Of a DNA stretch of 64,000 bases, positions 30,701 to 45,251 are shown one piece after another. This DNA comes from Eledone cirrhosa (lineage: Eukaryota): the NCBI GenBank assembly GCA_964016885.1, contig OZ024742.1, forward strand, positions 5,890,001 through 5,954,000, given 5' to 3'. The notes beneath the pieces are model-generated. The model was not told the origin of the DNA and did no database searches. It saw nothing but the letters and a program-made list of their open reading frames with translations. Position numbers and translations under genes: made by a program. The stretch's first letter is position 1, and every line of letters starts with the position of its first letter.

Positions 30701-33700
30701 AATAACCTGGCACAAATAGCATACTATATATTTAGATCTGGAGGTGGAAGAAGAGCCTGGTACGACTACCATACTATATATTTAGATCTGGAGGGCCAGT
30801 AGAGCCTGGCACAACTACCCTACTATATATTTAGATCTGGAGGGGCAGAACAGCCTGGCACAACTATCCATACGATATATTTAGATCTGGAGGGGCAGAA
30901 CAACCTGGCACAACTACCATACTATACATTTAGATCTGGAGAGGTAGAACAGCTTGGCACAACTACCATACTATATATTTAGATCTGGAGGGGCTAAACA
31001 GTCTGGCACAACTACTATACTATATATCTAGATCTGGATGGGGAGAACAGCATGGCACAACTACCATACTATGTATTTAAATCTGGAGGGGCAGAATAAC
31101 CTAGCACAACTACCATAATATATATTTAGATCTGGAGGTGGAAGAAGGACCTGGCAAAACAACCATACTATATATTTAGATCTGGAGCGGCAGAACATCT
31201 TGGCACAACTACGATACTATATATTTAGATCTCGAGAGGTAGAACAGCTTGGCATAACTACCATACTATATATTTAGATCTGGAGGGGCAGAACAGTCTG
31301 GCACAACTACTATACTATATATTTAGATCTGGAGGTGCAGAACAGCATGGCACAACTACCATACTATATATTTAAATCTGGAGGGCCAGAATAACCTGGC
31401 ACAAATAGCATACTATATATTTAGATCTGGAGGTGGAAGAAGAGCCTGGTACGACTACCATACTATATATTTAGATCTGGAGGGCCAGTAGAGCCTGGCA
31501 CAACTACCCTACTATATATTTAGATCTGGAGGGGCAGAACAGCCTGGCACAACTATCCATACGATATATTTAGATCTGGAGGGGCAGAACAACTTGGCAC
31601 AACTACCATACTATACATTTAGATCTGGAGAGGTAGAACAGCTTGGCACAACTACCATACTATATATTTAGATCTGGAGGGGCTGAACAGTCTGGCACAA
31701 CTACTATACTATATATCTAGATCTGGAGGGGGAGAACAGCATGGCACAACTACCATACTATATATTTATATCTGTCGGTGGAAGAACAATCTGGCACAAC
31801 TACCATACTATATATTTATATATGGAGGTGGAAGAAGAGCCAGGCACAACTACCATACTTTATATTTAGATCTGGAGGTGGGAGTACAGCCTGGCACAAC
31901 TACCATACTATATATTTAGACCTGGTGTTGGAAGAAGTGCCTGGCAAAACTACCATACATATATTTAGATCTGGAGGTGGGAGTAGAGCCTGGCACAACT
32001 ACCATAATATATATTTAAATCAGGAGGGGCAGAATAACCTGGCACAACTAGCATACTATATATTTAAATTTGGAGGGGTAGAACAACCTGGCACAATCAC
32101 CATACTATATATTTAGATCTGGAGAGGCAGAACAGCCTGGCAAAAGTACCATACTATATGTTTAGATCTGGAGGGCCAGAATAGCCTGGCACAACTACGC
32201 TACTATGTATTTAGATCTGGAGAGGCAGAACGACCTGGCACAACTACCATACTATATATTTAGAACTGGAGGGGCAGAATAACCTGGCACAACTACCATA
32301 CTATATATTTAGATCTGTAGGGGCAGAAGTGCCTGGCACAACTACCATACTATATATTTTGATCTGGAGGGCTAGAACAGCTTGGCACAATTACCATACT
32401 ATATATTTAGATCTGGAGGGGCAGAACAGTCTGGCACCACTACCATACTAGATATTTAGATCTGGAGGGGCATAAGAGCCTTGGATAACTACCATACTAT
32501 ATATTTAAGTCTGGAGAGGAAGAATAACCTGGCACAACTACCATACTATATATTTAGATCTGGAGGGGCAGAAGAGCCTGGCACAACTACCATACTATAT
32601 ATTTAGATCTGGAGGGCCAGAACAACCTGACACAACTAGCATATATATATTTAGATCTGGAGGGGCAGTACAGCCTGGCACAACTACCAGAATATATATT
32701 TAGATCTGGAGGGGCAGAACAGCCTAACACAACTACTATACTATATATTTAGATCTGGAGGGGCAGAATAGCCTGGCACAAGTACCATAATATATATTTA
32801 GATCTGGAGCGGCAGAACATCTTGGCACAACTACCATACTATATATTTAGATCTCGAGAGGTAGAACAGCTTGGCATAACTACCATACTATATATTTAGA
32901 TCTGGAGGGGCAGAATAGTCTGGCACAACTACTATACTATATATTTAGATCTGGAGGTGCAGAATAACCTGGCACAAATAGCATACTATATATTTAGATC
33001 TGGAGGTGGAAGAAGAGCCTGGCACGACTACCATACTATATATTTAGATCTGGAGAGGCAGAACAGCCTGGCACAAGTACCATACAATATATTTAGATCT
33101 GGAGGGGCAGAACAGCTTGGCACAACTACCATACTATATATTTATATCTGTCGGTGGAAGAACAATCTGGCACAACTACCATACTATATATTTAGATCTG
33201 GAGGGCCAGAACAGCCTGGCACAACTTTCCATACTATATATTTAGATCTGGAGGGGCAGAACAATCTGGCACAACTAACATACTATACATTTAGATCTGG
33301 TGAGGTAGAACAGCATGGCACAACTACCATACTATATATTTAAATCTGGAGGGGCAGAATAACCTGGCACAAATACCATACTATATATTTAGATCTGGTG
33401 GTGGAAGTACAGCCTGACACAACTACCATACTATATATTTAAATCTGGAGGGGCAGAATAACCTAGCACAACTACCATACTATATATTTAGATCTGGAGG
33501 TGGAAGAAAGACCTGGCACAACTACCATACTATATATTTAGATCTGGCGGGGCAGAACAACCTGGCACAACTACCATACTATACATTTAGAGCTGGAGGG
33601 GTAGAACAGCTTGGCACAACAACCATACTATATATTTAGATCTGGAGGGCAGAACAGTCTGGCACAACTACTATACTATATATTTAGATCTGGAGAGGCA

Positions 33701-36700
33701 GAACAGCATGGCACAACTACCATACCATATATTTAAATCTGGAGGGGCAGAATAACCTGGCACAAATACCATACTATATATTTAGATCTGGTGTGGCAGT
33801 ACAGCCTGGCACAACTACCATACTATATATTTAAATCTGGAGGGGCAGAATAACTTGGCACAACTACCATACTATATATTTAGATCTGGAGGTGGAAGAA
33901 GAGCCTGGCACAACTACCATACATATATTTAGATCTGGAGGTGGGAGTAGAGCCTGGCACAACTACCATAATATATATTTAAATCAGGAGGGGTAGAATA
34001 ACCTGGCACAACTAGCATACTATATATTTAAATCTGGAGTGGTAGAACAACCTGGCACAATCACCATACTATATATTTAGATCTGGAGCGGCAGAACAGC
34101 ATAACACAACTACCATACTATATATTTATATCTGGAGAGACAGAACAGCCTGGCACAAGTACCATACTATATATTTAGGTCTGGAGAGGCAGAACAGCTT
34201 GGCACAACTACCATACTATATATTTATATCTGTCAGTGGAAGAACAATCTGGCATAACTACCATACTATATATTTAGATCTGAAGGGGTAGAACAGCTTG
34301 GAACAATTACCATATTATATATTTAGATCTGGAGTGGCAGAACAGTCTTGCACCACTACCATACTATATATTTAGATCTGGAGGGGCAGAAGAGCCTGGC
34401 ACAACTACCATACTATATATTTAAATCTGGAGGGGTAGAACAGCTTGGCACAACTACCATACAATATATTTATATCTGGAGGTGGAAGAAGAGCCTGGCA
34501 CAACTACCATACTTTATATTTAGATCTGGACGTGGGAGTACAGCCTGGCACAACTACCATACTATATATTTAGACCTGGTGGTGGAAGAAGTGCCTGGCA
34601 AAACTACCATACATATATTTAGATCTGGAGGTGGGAGTAGAGCCTGGCACAACTACCATAATATATATTTAAATCAGGAGGGGCAGAATAACCTGGCACA
34701 ACTAGCATACTATATATTTAAATTTGGAGGGGTAGAACAACCTGGCACAATCACCATACTATATATTTAGATCTGGAGAGGCAGAACAGCCTGGCACAAG
34801 TACCATACTATATATTTAGATCTGGAGAGGCAGAACAGCTTGGCACAACTACCATACTATATATTTATATCTGTCAGTGGAAGAACAATCTGGCATAACT
34901 ACCATACTATATATTTAGATCTAAAGGGGTAGAACAGCTTGGAACAATTACCATATTATATATTTAGATCTGGAGTGGCAGAACAGTCTTGCACCACTAC
35001 CATACTATATATTTAGATCTGGAGGGGCAGAAGAGCCTGGCACAACTACCATACTATATATTTAAATCTGGAGGGGTAGAACAGCTTGGCACAACTACCA
35101 TACAATATATTTATATCTGGAGGTGGAAGAAGAGCCTGGCACAACTACCATACTTTATATTTAGATCTGGAGGTGGGAGTACATCCTGGCACAACTACCA
35201 TACTATATATTTAGACCTGGTGGTGGAAGAAGTGCCTGGCAAAACTACCATACATATATTTAGATCTGGAGGTGGGAGTAGAGCCTGGCACAACTACCAT
35301 AATATATATTTAAATTTGGAGGGGTAGAACAACCTGGCACAATCACCATACAATATATTTAGATCTGGAGCGGCAGAACAGCATAACACAACTACCATAC
35401 TTTATATTTAGATCTGGAGAGGCAGAACAGCCTGGCACAAGTACCATGCTATATATTTAGATCTGGAGAGGCAGAACAGCTTGGTACAACTACCATACTA
35501 TATATTTATATCTGTCGGTGGAAGAACAATCTGGCATAACTACCATACTATATGTTTAGATCTGGAGGGACAGAATAGCCTGGCACAACTACCCTACTAG
35601 TTATTTAGATCTGGAGAGGCAGAACGACCTGGCACAACTACCATACTATATATTTAGATCTGGAGGGGCAGAATAACCTGGCACAACTACCATACTATAT
35701 ATTTAGATCTGTAGGGGCAGAAGTGCCTGGCACAACTACCATACTATATATTTTGATCTGGAGGGCTAGAACAGCTTGGCACAATTACCATACTATATAT
35801 TTAGATCTGGAGGGGCAGAACAATCTGGCACCACTACCATACTAGATATTTAGATCTGGTGGGGCAGAAGAGACTTGGATAACTACCATACTATATATTT
35901 AAGTCTGGAGGGGAAGAATAACCTGGCACAACTACCATACTATATATTTAGATCTGGAGGGCCAGAACAACCTGACACAACTAGCATATATATATTTAGA
36001 TCTGAAGGGGCAGTACAGCCTGGCACAACTACCAGAATATATATTTAGATCTGGAGGGGCAGAACAGCCTAACACAACTACCATACTATATATTTAGATC
36101 TGGAGCGGCAGAATAGCCTGGCACAAGTACCATACTATATATTTAGATCTGGAGCGGCAGAACATCTTGGCACAACTACGATACTATGTATTTAGATCTC
36201 GAGAGGTAGAACAGCTTGGCATAACTACCATACTATATATTTAGATCTGGAGGGGCAGAACAGTCTGGCACAACTACTATACTATATATTTAGATCTGGA
36301 GGTGCAGAACCGCACGGTACAACTACCATACTATATATTTAAATCTGGAGGGCCAGAATAACCTGGCACAAATAGCATACTATATATTTAGATCTGGAGG
36401 TGGAAGAAGAGCCTGGTACGACTACCATACTATATATTTAGATCTGAAGGGGTAGAACAGCTTGGAACAATTACCATATTATATATTTAGATCTGGAGTG
36501 GCAGAACAGTCTTGCACCACTACCATACTATATATTTAGATCTGGAGGGGCAGAAGAGCCTGGCACAACTACCATACTATATATTTAAATCTGGAGGGGT
36601 AGAACAGCTTGGCACAACTACCATACAATATATTTATATCTGGAGGTGGAAGAAGAGCCTGGCACAACTACCATACTTTATATTTAGATCTGGAGGTGGG

Positions 36701-39620
36701 AGTACAGCCTGGCACAACTACCATACTATATATTTAGACCTGGTGGTGGAAGAAGTGCCTGGCAAAACTACCATACATATATTTAGATCTGGAGGTGGGA
36801 GTAGAGCCTGGCACAACTACCATAATATATATTTAAATCAGGAGGGGCAGAATAACCTGGCACAACTAGCATACTATATATTTAAATTTGGAGGGGTAGA
36901 ACAACCTGGCACAATCACCATACTATATATTTAGATCTGGAGAGGCAGAACAGCCTGGCACAAGTACCATACTATATATTTAGATCTGGAGAGGCAGAAC
37001 AGCTTGGCACAACTACCATACTATATATTTATATCTGTCAGTGGAAGAACAATCTGGCATAACTACCATACTATATATTTAGATCTGAAGGGGTAGAACA
37101 GCTTGGAACAATTACCATATTATATATTTAGATCTGGAGTGGCAGAACAGTCTTGCACCACTACCATACTATATATTTAGATCTGGAGGGGCAGAAGAGC
37201 CTGGCACAACTACCATACTATATATTTAAATCTGGAGGGGTAGAACAGCTTGGCACAACTACCATACAATATATTTATATCTGGAGGTGGAAGAAGAGCC
37301 TGGCACAACTACCATACTTTATATTTAGATCTGGAGGTGGGAGTACAGCCTGGCACAACTACCATACTATATATTTAGACCTGGTGGTGGAAGAAGTGCC
37401 TGGCAAAACTACCATACATATATTTAGATCTGGAGGTGGGAGTAGAGCCTGGCACAACTACCATAATATATATTTAAATTTGGAGGGGTAGAACAACCTG
37501 GCACAATCACCATACAATATATTTAGATCTGGAGCGGCAGAACAGCATAACACAACTACCATACTTTATATTTAGATCTGGAGAGGCAGAACAGCCTGGC
37601 ACAAGTACCATGCTATATATTTAGATCTGGAGAGGCAGAACAGCTTGGTACAACTACCATACTATATATTTATATCTGTCGGTGGAAGAACAATCTGGCA
37701 TAACTACCATACTATATGTTTAGATCTGGAGGGACAGAATAGCCTGGCACAACTACCCTACTAGTTATTTAGATCTGGAGAGGCAGAACGACCTGGCACA
37801 ACTACCATACTATATATTTAGATCTGGAGGGGCAGAATAACCTGGCACAACTACCATACTATATATTTAGATCTGTAGGGGCAGAAGTGCCTGGCACAAC
37901 TACCATACTATATATTTTGATCTGGAGGGCTAGAACAGCTTGGCACAATTACCATACTATATATTTAGATCTGGAGGGGCAGAACAGTCTGGCACCACTA
38001 CCATACTAGATATTTAGATCTGGTGGGGCAGAAGAGCCTTGGATAACTACCATACTATATATTTAAGTCTGGAGGGGAAGAATAACCTGGCACAACTACC
38101 ATACTATATATTTAGATCTGGAGGGCCAGAACAACCTGACACAACTAGCATATATATATTTAGATCTGAAGGGGCAGTACAGCCTGGCACAACTACCAGA
38201 ATATATATTTAGATCTGGAGGGGCAGAACAGCCTAACACAACTACCATACTATATATTTAGATCTGGAGCGGCAGAATAGCCTGGCACAAGTACCATACT
38301 ATATATTTAGATCTGGAGCGGCAGAACATCTTGGCACAACTACGATACTATGTATTTAGATCTCGAGAGATAGAACAGCTTGGCATAACTACCATACTAT
38401 ATATTTAGATCTGGAGGGGCAGAACAGTCTGGCACAACTACTATACTATATATTTAGATCTGGAGGTGCAGAACAGCATGGTACAACTACCATACTATAT
38501 ATTTAAATCTGGAGGGCCAGAATAACCTGGCACAAATAGCATACTATATATTTAGATCTGGAGGTGGAAGAAGAGCCTGGTACGACTACCATACTATATA
38601 TTTAGATATGGAGGGCCAGTAGAGCCTGGCACAACTACCCTACTATATATTTAGATCTGGAGGGGCAGAACAGCCTGGCACAACTATCCATACGATATAT
38701 TTAGATCTGGAGGGGCAGAACAACCTGGCACAACTACCATACTATACATTTAGATCTGGAGAGATAGAACAGCTTGGCACAACTACCATACTATATATTT
38801 AGATCTGGAGGGGCTGAACAGTCTGGCACAACTACTATACTATATATCTAGATCTGGATGGGGAGAACAGCATGGCACAACTACCATACTATGTATTTAA
38901 ATCTGGAGGGGCAGAATAACCTAGCACAACTACCAGAATATATATTTAGATCTGGAGGTGGAAGAAGGACCTGGCAAAACAACCATACTATATATTTAGA
39001 TCTGGAGCGGCAGAACATCTTGGCACAACTACGATACTATATATTTAGATCTCGAGAGGTAGAACAGCTTGGCATAACTACCATACTATATATTTAGATC
39101 TGGAGGGGCAGAACAGTCTGGCACAACTACTATACTATATATTTAGATCTGGAGGTGCAGAACAGCATGGCACAACTACCATACTATATATTTAAATCTG
39201 GAGGGCCAGAATAACCTGGCACAAATAGCATACTATATATTTAGATCTGGAGGTGGAAGAAGAGCCTGGTACGACTACCATACTATATATTTAGATCTGG
39301 AGGGCCAGTAGAGCCTGGCACAACTACCCTACTATATATTTAGATCTGGAGGGGCAGAACAGCCTGGCACAACTATCCATACGATATATTTAGATCTGGA
39401 GGGGCAGAACAACTTGGCACAACTACCATACTATACATTTAGATCTGGAGAGGTAGAACAGCTTGGCACAACTACCATACTATATATTTAGATCTGGAGG
39501 GGCTGAACAGTCTGGCACAACTACTATACTATATATCTAGATCTGGAGGGGGAGAACAGCATGGCACAACTACCATACTATATATTTATATCTGTCGGTG
39601 GAAGAACAATCTGGCACAAC
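21760..39620. repeat. Large tandem duplication: copy 1 about 21760-31790 (about 10.03 kb), copy 2 about 31791-39620 (about 7.82 kb)
   Basis: The offset is 10033 at the start (GAGCCAGG variant at 21807 and 31840). It becomes 10083 after one extra 50-bp monomer near 33000 (ORFs 24265/34348, 26429/36512, 27070/37153). It is 7820 after a 2263-bp block that is extra in copy 1 (30241/38061, 31741/39561). Confidence 0.88.
24190..27980. repeat. Nested tandem duplication, period 2164 bp (about 44 monomers), itself containing a 641-bp (13-monomer) repeat
   Basis: ORF pairs 24265/26429 and 24906/27070 are offset by 2164; 24265/24906 by 641. CTGAAGGGG variant at 24197 and 26361. The same arrangement recurs at 34348/34989/36512/37153. 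Confidence 0.9.
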
Positions 39621-42600
39621 TACCATACTATATATTTAGATCTGGAGGGCCAGAACAGCCTGGCACAACTTTCCATACTATATATTTAGATCTGGAGGGG
39701 CAGAACAACCTGGCACAACTAACATACTATACATTTAGATCTGGTGAGGTAGAACAGCTTGGCACAACTACCATACTATATATTTAGATCTGGAGGGGCT
39801 GAACAGTCTGGCACAACTACTATACTATATATCTAGATCTGGAGGGGGAGAACAGCATGGCACAACTACCATACTATATATTTAAATCTGGAGGGGCAGA
39901 ATAACCTGGCACAAATACCATACTATATATTTCGATCTGGTGGTGGGAGTACAGCCTGGCACAACTACCATACTATATATTTAAATCTGGAGGGGCAGAA
40001 TAACCTGGCACAACTACCATACTATATATTTAGATCTGGAGGTGGAAGAAGAACCTGGCACAACTACCATACATATATTTAGATCTGGAGGTGGGAGTAG
40101 AGCCTGGCACAACTACCATAATATATATTTAAATCAGGAGGGGCAGAATAACCTGGCACAACTAGCATACTATATATTTAAATCTGGAGTGGTAGAACAA
40201 CCTGGCACAATCACCATACTATATATTTAGATCTGGAGCGGCAGAACAGCATAACACAACTACCATACTATATATTTATATCTGGAGAGACAGAACAGCC
40301 TGGCACAAGTACCATACTATATATTTAGATCTGGAGAGGCAGAACAGCTTGGCACAACTACCATACTATATATTTATATCTGTCAGTGGAAGAACAATCT
40401 GGCATAACTACCATACTATATATTTATATCTGGAGGGCCAGAAGAGCCTGGCACAACTACCGTACTATATATTTAGATCTGGAGGGGCAGAACAGCCTGG
40501 CACAACTATCCATACTATATATTTAGATCTGGAGTGGCAGAACAGCTTGGCACAACAACCATACTATATATTTAGATCTGGAGGGCAGAACAGTCTGGCA
40601 CAACTACTATACTATATATTTAGATCTGGAGAGGCAGAACAGCATGGCACAACTACCATACTATATATTTAAATCTGGAGGGGCAGAATAACCTGGCACA
40701 AATACCATACTATATATTTAGATCTGGTGGTGGCAGGACAGCCTGGCACAACTACCATACTATATATTTAAATCTGGTGGGGCAGAATAACCTGGCACAA
40801 CTACCATACTATATATTTAGATCTGGATGTGGAAGAAGAGCCTGGCACAACTACCATACTATATATTTAGATCTGAAGGGGTAGAACAGCTTGGAACAAT
40901 TACCATATTATATATTTAGATCTGGAGTGGCAGAACAGTCTTGCACCACTACCATACTATATATTTAGATCTGGAGGGGCAGAAGAGCCTGGCACAACTA
41001 CCATACTATATATTTAAATCTGGAGGGGTAGAACAGCTTGGCACAACTACCATACAATATATTTATATCTGGAGGTGGAAGAAGAGCCTGGCACAACTAC
41101 CATACTTTATATTTAGATCTGGAGAGGCAGAAAAGCCTGGCACAAGTACCATGCTATATATTTAGATCTGGAGAGGCAGAACAGCTTGGTACAACTACCA
41201 TACTATATATTTATATCTGTCGGTGGAAGAACAATCTGGCATAACTACCATACTATATGTTTAGATCTGGAGGGACAGAATAGCCTGGCACAACTACCCT
41301 ACTATGTATTTAGATCTGGAGAGGCAGAACGACCTGGCACAACTACCATACTATATATTTAGATCTGGAGGGGCAGAATAACCTGGCACAACTACCATAC
41401 TATATATTTAGATATGTAGGGGCAGAAGTGCCTGGCACAACTACCATACTATATATTTTGATCTGGAGGGCTAGAACAGCTTGGCACAATTACCATACTA
41501 TATATTTAGATCTGGAGGGGCAGAACAGTCTGGCACCACTACCATACTAGATATTTAGATCTGGTGGGGCAGAAGAGCCTTGGATAACTACCATACTATA
41601 TATTTAAGTCTGGAAGGGAAGAATAACCTGGCACAACTACCATACTATATATTTAGATCTGGAGGGCCAGAACAACCTGACACAACTAGCATATATATAT
41701 TTAGATCTGAAGGGGCAGTACAGCCTAACACAACTACCATACTATATATTTAGATCTGGAGCGGCAGAATATCCTGGCACAAGTACCATACTATATATTT
41801 AGATCTGGAGCGGCAGAACATCTTGGCACAACTACGATACTATGTATTTAGATCTCGAGAGGTAGAACAGCTTGGCATAACTACCATACTATATATTTAG
41901 ATCTGGAGGGGCAGAACAGTCTGGCACAACTACTATACTATATATTTAGATCTGGAGGTGCAGAACAGCATGGCACAACTACCATACTATATATTTAAAT
42001 CTGGAGGGCCAGAATAACCTGGCACAAATAGCATACTATATATTTAGATCTGGAGGTGGAAGAAGAGCCTGGTACGACTACCATACTATATATTTAGATC
42101 TGGAGGGCCAGTAGAGCCTGGCACAACTACCCTACTATATATTTAGATCTGGAGGGGCAGAACAGCCTGGCACAACTATCCATACGATATATTTAGATCT
42201 GGAGGGGCAGAACAACCTGGCACAACTACCATACTATACATTTAGATCTGGAGAGGTAGAACAGCTTGGCACAACTACCATACTATATATTTAGATCTGG
42301 AGGGGCTGAACAGTCTGGCACAACTACTATACTATATATCTAGATCTGGATGGGGAGAACAGCATGGCTCAACTACCATACTATGTATTTAAATCTGGAG
42401 GGGCAGAATAACCTAGCACAACTACCATAATATATATTTAGATCTGGAGGTGGAAGAAGGACCTGGCAAAACAACCATACTATATATTTAGATCTGGAGG
42501 GGAAGAACTGCCTGGCACAACTACCATGCTATATATTTAGATCTGTAGGGGCAGAAGAGCCTGGGACAACTACCATACTATATATTTAGATCTGGAGGGG

Positions 42601-45251
42601 TAGAACAGCTTGGAACAATTACCATATTATATATTTAGATCTGGAGTGGCAGAAAAGTCTGGCACCACTACCATACTATATATTTAAATCTGGAGAGGCA
42701 GAAGAGCCTGACACAACTACCATACTATATATTTAAATCTGGAGGGGCAGAACAGCTTGGCACGACTACCATACTATATATTTAGATCTGGAGGTGGAAG
42801 AAGAGCCTGGCACAACTACCATACTTTATATTTAGGTCTGGAGGTGGGAGAACAGCCTGGCACAACTACCATACTATATATTTAGACCTGGAGGTGGGAG
42901 AAGTGCCTGGCAAAACTACCATACATATATTTAGATCTGGAGGTGGGAGTACAGCCTGGGACAACTACCATAATATATATTTAAATCTGGAGGGGGAGAA
43001 TAACCTGGCACAACTAGCATACTATATATTTATATCTGGAGGTGGAAGAAGAGCCTGGCACAACTACCATACTATATATTTAGATCTGGACGGGTAGAAC
43101 AACCTGGCACAATTACCATACTATTATTTTGGATCTGGAGGGGCAGAACAGCCTAACACAACTACCATACAATATATTTAGATCTGGAGGCGCAGAAGAG
43201 CCTGGCACAACTACCATACTATATATTTAGATCTGGAGGTGAAAGAACAACCTGGAACAACTACCATACTATATATTTAGACCTGGAGGGGCAGAACAGC
43301 CTGGCACAACTACCATACTATATATTTAGAATTGGAGGGGCAGAACAGCCTGGCATAACTACCTTACTATATATTTAGATCTGAAGGGGCAGAACAGCCT
43401 GGCACAAGTACCATACTATATATTTAGGTGTGGAGGGGCAGAACAGCTTGGCACAACTACCATACTATATATTTATATCTGTCGGTGGAAGAACAATCTG
43501 GCACAACTACCATACTATATATTTAGATCTGGAAGGCCTGAAGAGCCTTGCACAACTACCATACTATATATTTAGATCTGGAGGTGAAAGAACAACCTGG
43601 AACAACTACCATAATATATATTTAGTTCTGGAGGGGCAGAACAGCCTGGCACAACATCCATACTATATATTTAGATCTGGAGGGCAGAACAGTCTGGCAC
43701 AACTACTATACTATATATTTAGATCTGGAGAGGCAGAACAGCATGGCACAACTACCATACTATATATTTAAATCTGGAGGGGCAGAATAACCTGGCACAA
43801 ATACCATACTATATATTTAGATCTGGTGGTGGCAGTACAGCCTCGCACAACTACCATACAATATATTTAAATCTGGAGGGGCAGAATAACCTGGCACAAT
43901 TACCATACTATATAATTAGATCTGGAGGTGGAAGAAGAGTCTGGCACAACTACCATACTATATATTTAGATCTGAAGGGGTAGAACAGCTTTGAACAATT
44001 ACCATATTATATATTTAGATCTGGAGTGGCAGAACAGTCTGGCACCACTACCATACTATATATTTAGATCTGGAGGGGCAGAAGAGCCTGGCACAACTAC
44101 CATACTATATATTTAAATCTGGAGGGGCAGAATAACCTAGCTCAACTACCATAATATATATTTAGATCTGGAGGTGGAAGAAGGACCTGGCAAAACTACC
44201 ATACTATATATTTAGATCTGGAGGGGAAGAACTGCCTGGCACAACTACTATACTATATATTTAGATCTGGAGGGGCAGAACAGCTTGGCACAACTACCAT
44301 GCTATATATTTAGATCTGTAGGGGCAGAAGAGCCTGGCACAACTACCATACTATATATTTAGATCTGGAGGGGTAGAACAGCTTGGAACAATTACCATAT
44401 TATATATTTAGATCTGGAGTGGCAGAAAAATCTGGCACCACCACCATACTATATATTTAAATCTGGAGAGGCAGAAGAGCCTGGCACAACTACCATACTA
44501 TATATTTAAATCTGGAGGGGCAGAACAGCTTGGCACAAATACCATACTATATATTTAGATCTGGAGGTGGAAGAAGACCTGGCACAACTACCATACTATA
44601 TATTTAGATCTGGACGGGTAGAACAACCTGGCACAATTACCATACTATATATTTAGATCTGGAGGTGAAAGAACAACCTGGAACAACTACCATACTATAT
44701 ATTTAGACCTGGAGGGGCAGAACAGCCTGGCATAACTACCATACTATATATTTAGAATTGGAGGGGCAGAACAGCCTGGCATAACTACCTTACTATATAT
44801 TTAGATCTGGAGGGGCAGAACAGCCTGGCACAAGTACCATACTATATATTTAGATCTGGAGGGGCAGAACAGCTTGGCACAACTACCATAATATATATTT
44901 ATATCTGTAGGTGGAAGAACAATCTGGCACAACTACCATACTATATATTTAGATCTGGAAGGCCAGAAGAGCCTGGCACAACTACCATAATATATATTTA
45001 GATCTGGAGGGGTAGAACAGCCTGGCACAACTATCCATACTATATATTTAGATCTGGAGGGGCAGAACAACCTGGCACATCTACCATACTATACATTTAG
45101 AGCTGGAGGGGTAGAACAGCTTGGCACAACAACCATACTATATATTTAGATCTGGAGGGCAGAACAGTCTGGCACAACTACTATACTATATATTCAGATC
45201 TGGAGAGGCAGAACAGCATGGCACAACTACCATACTATATATTTAAATCTG

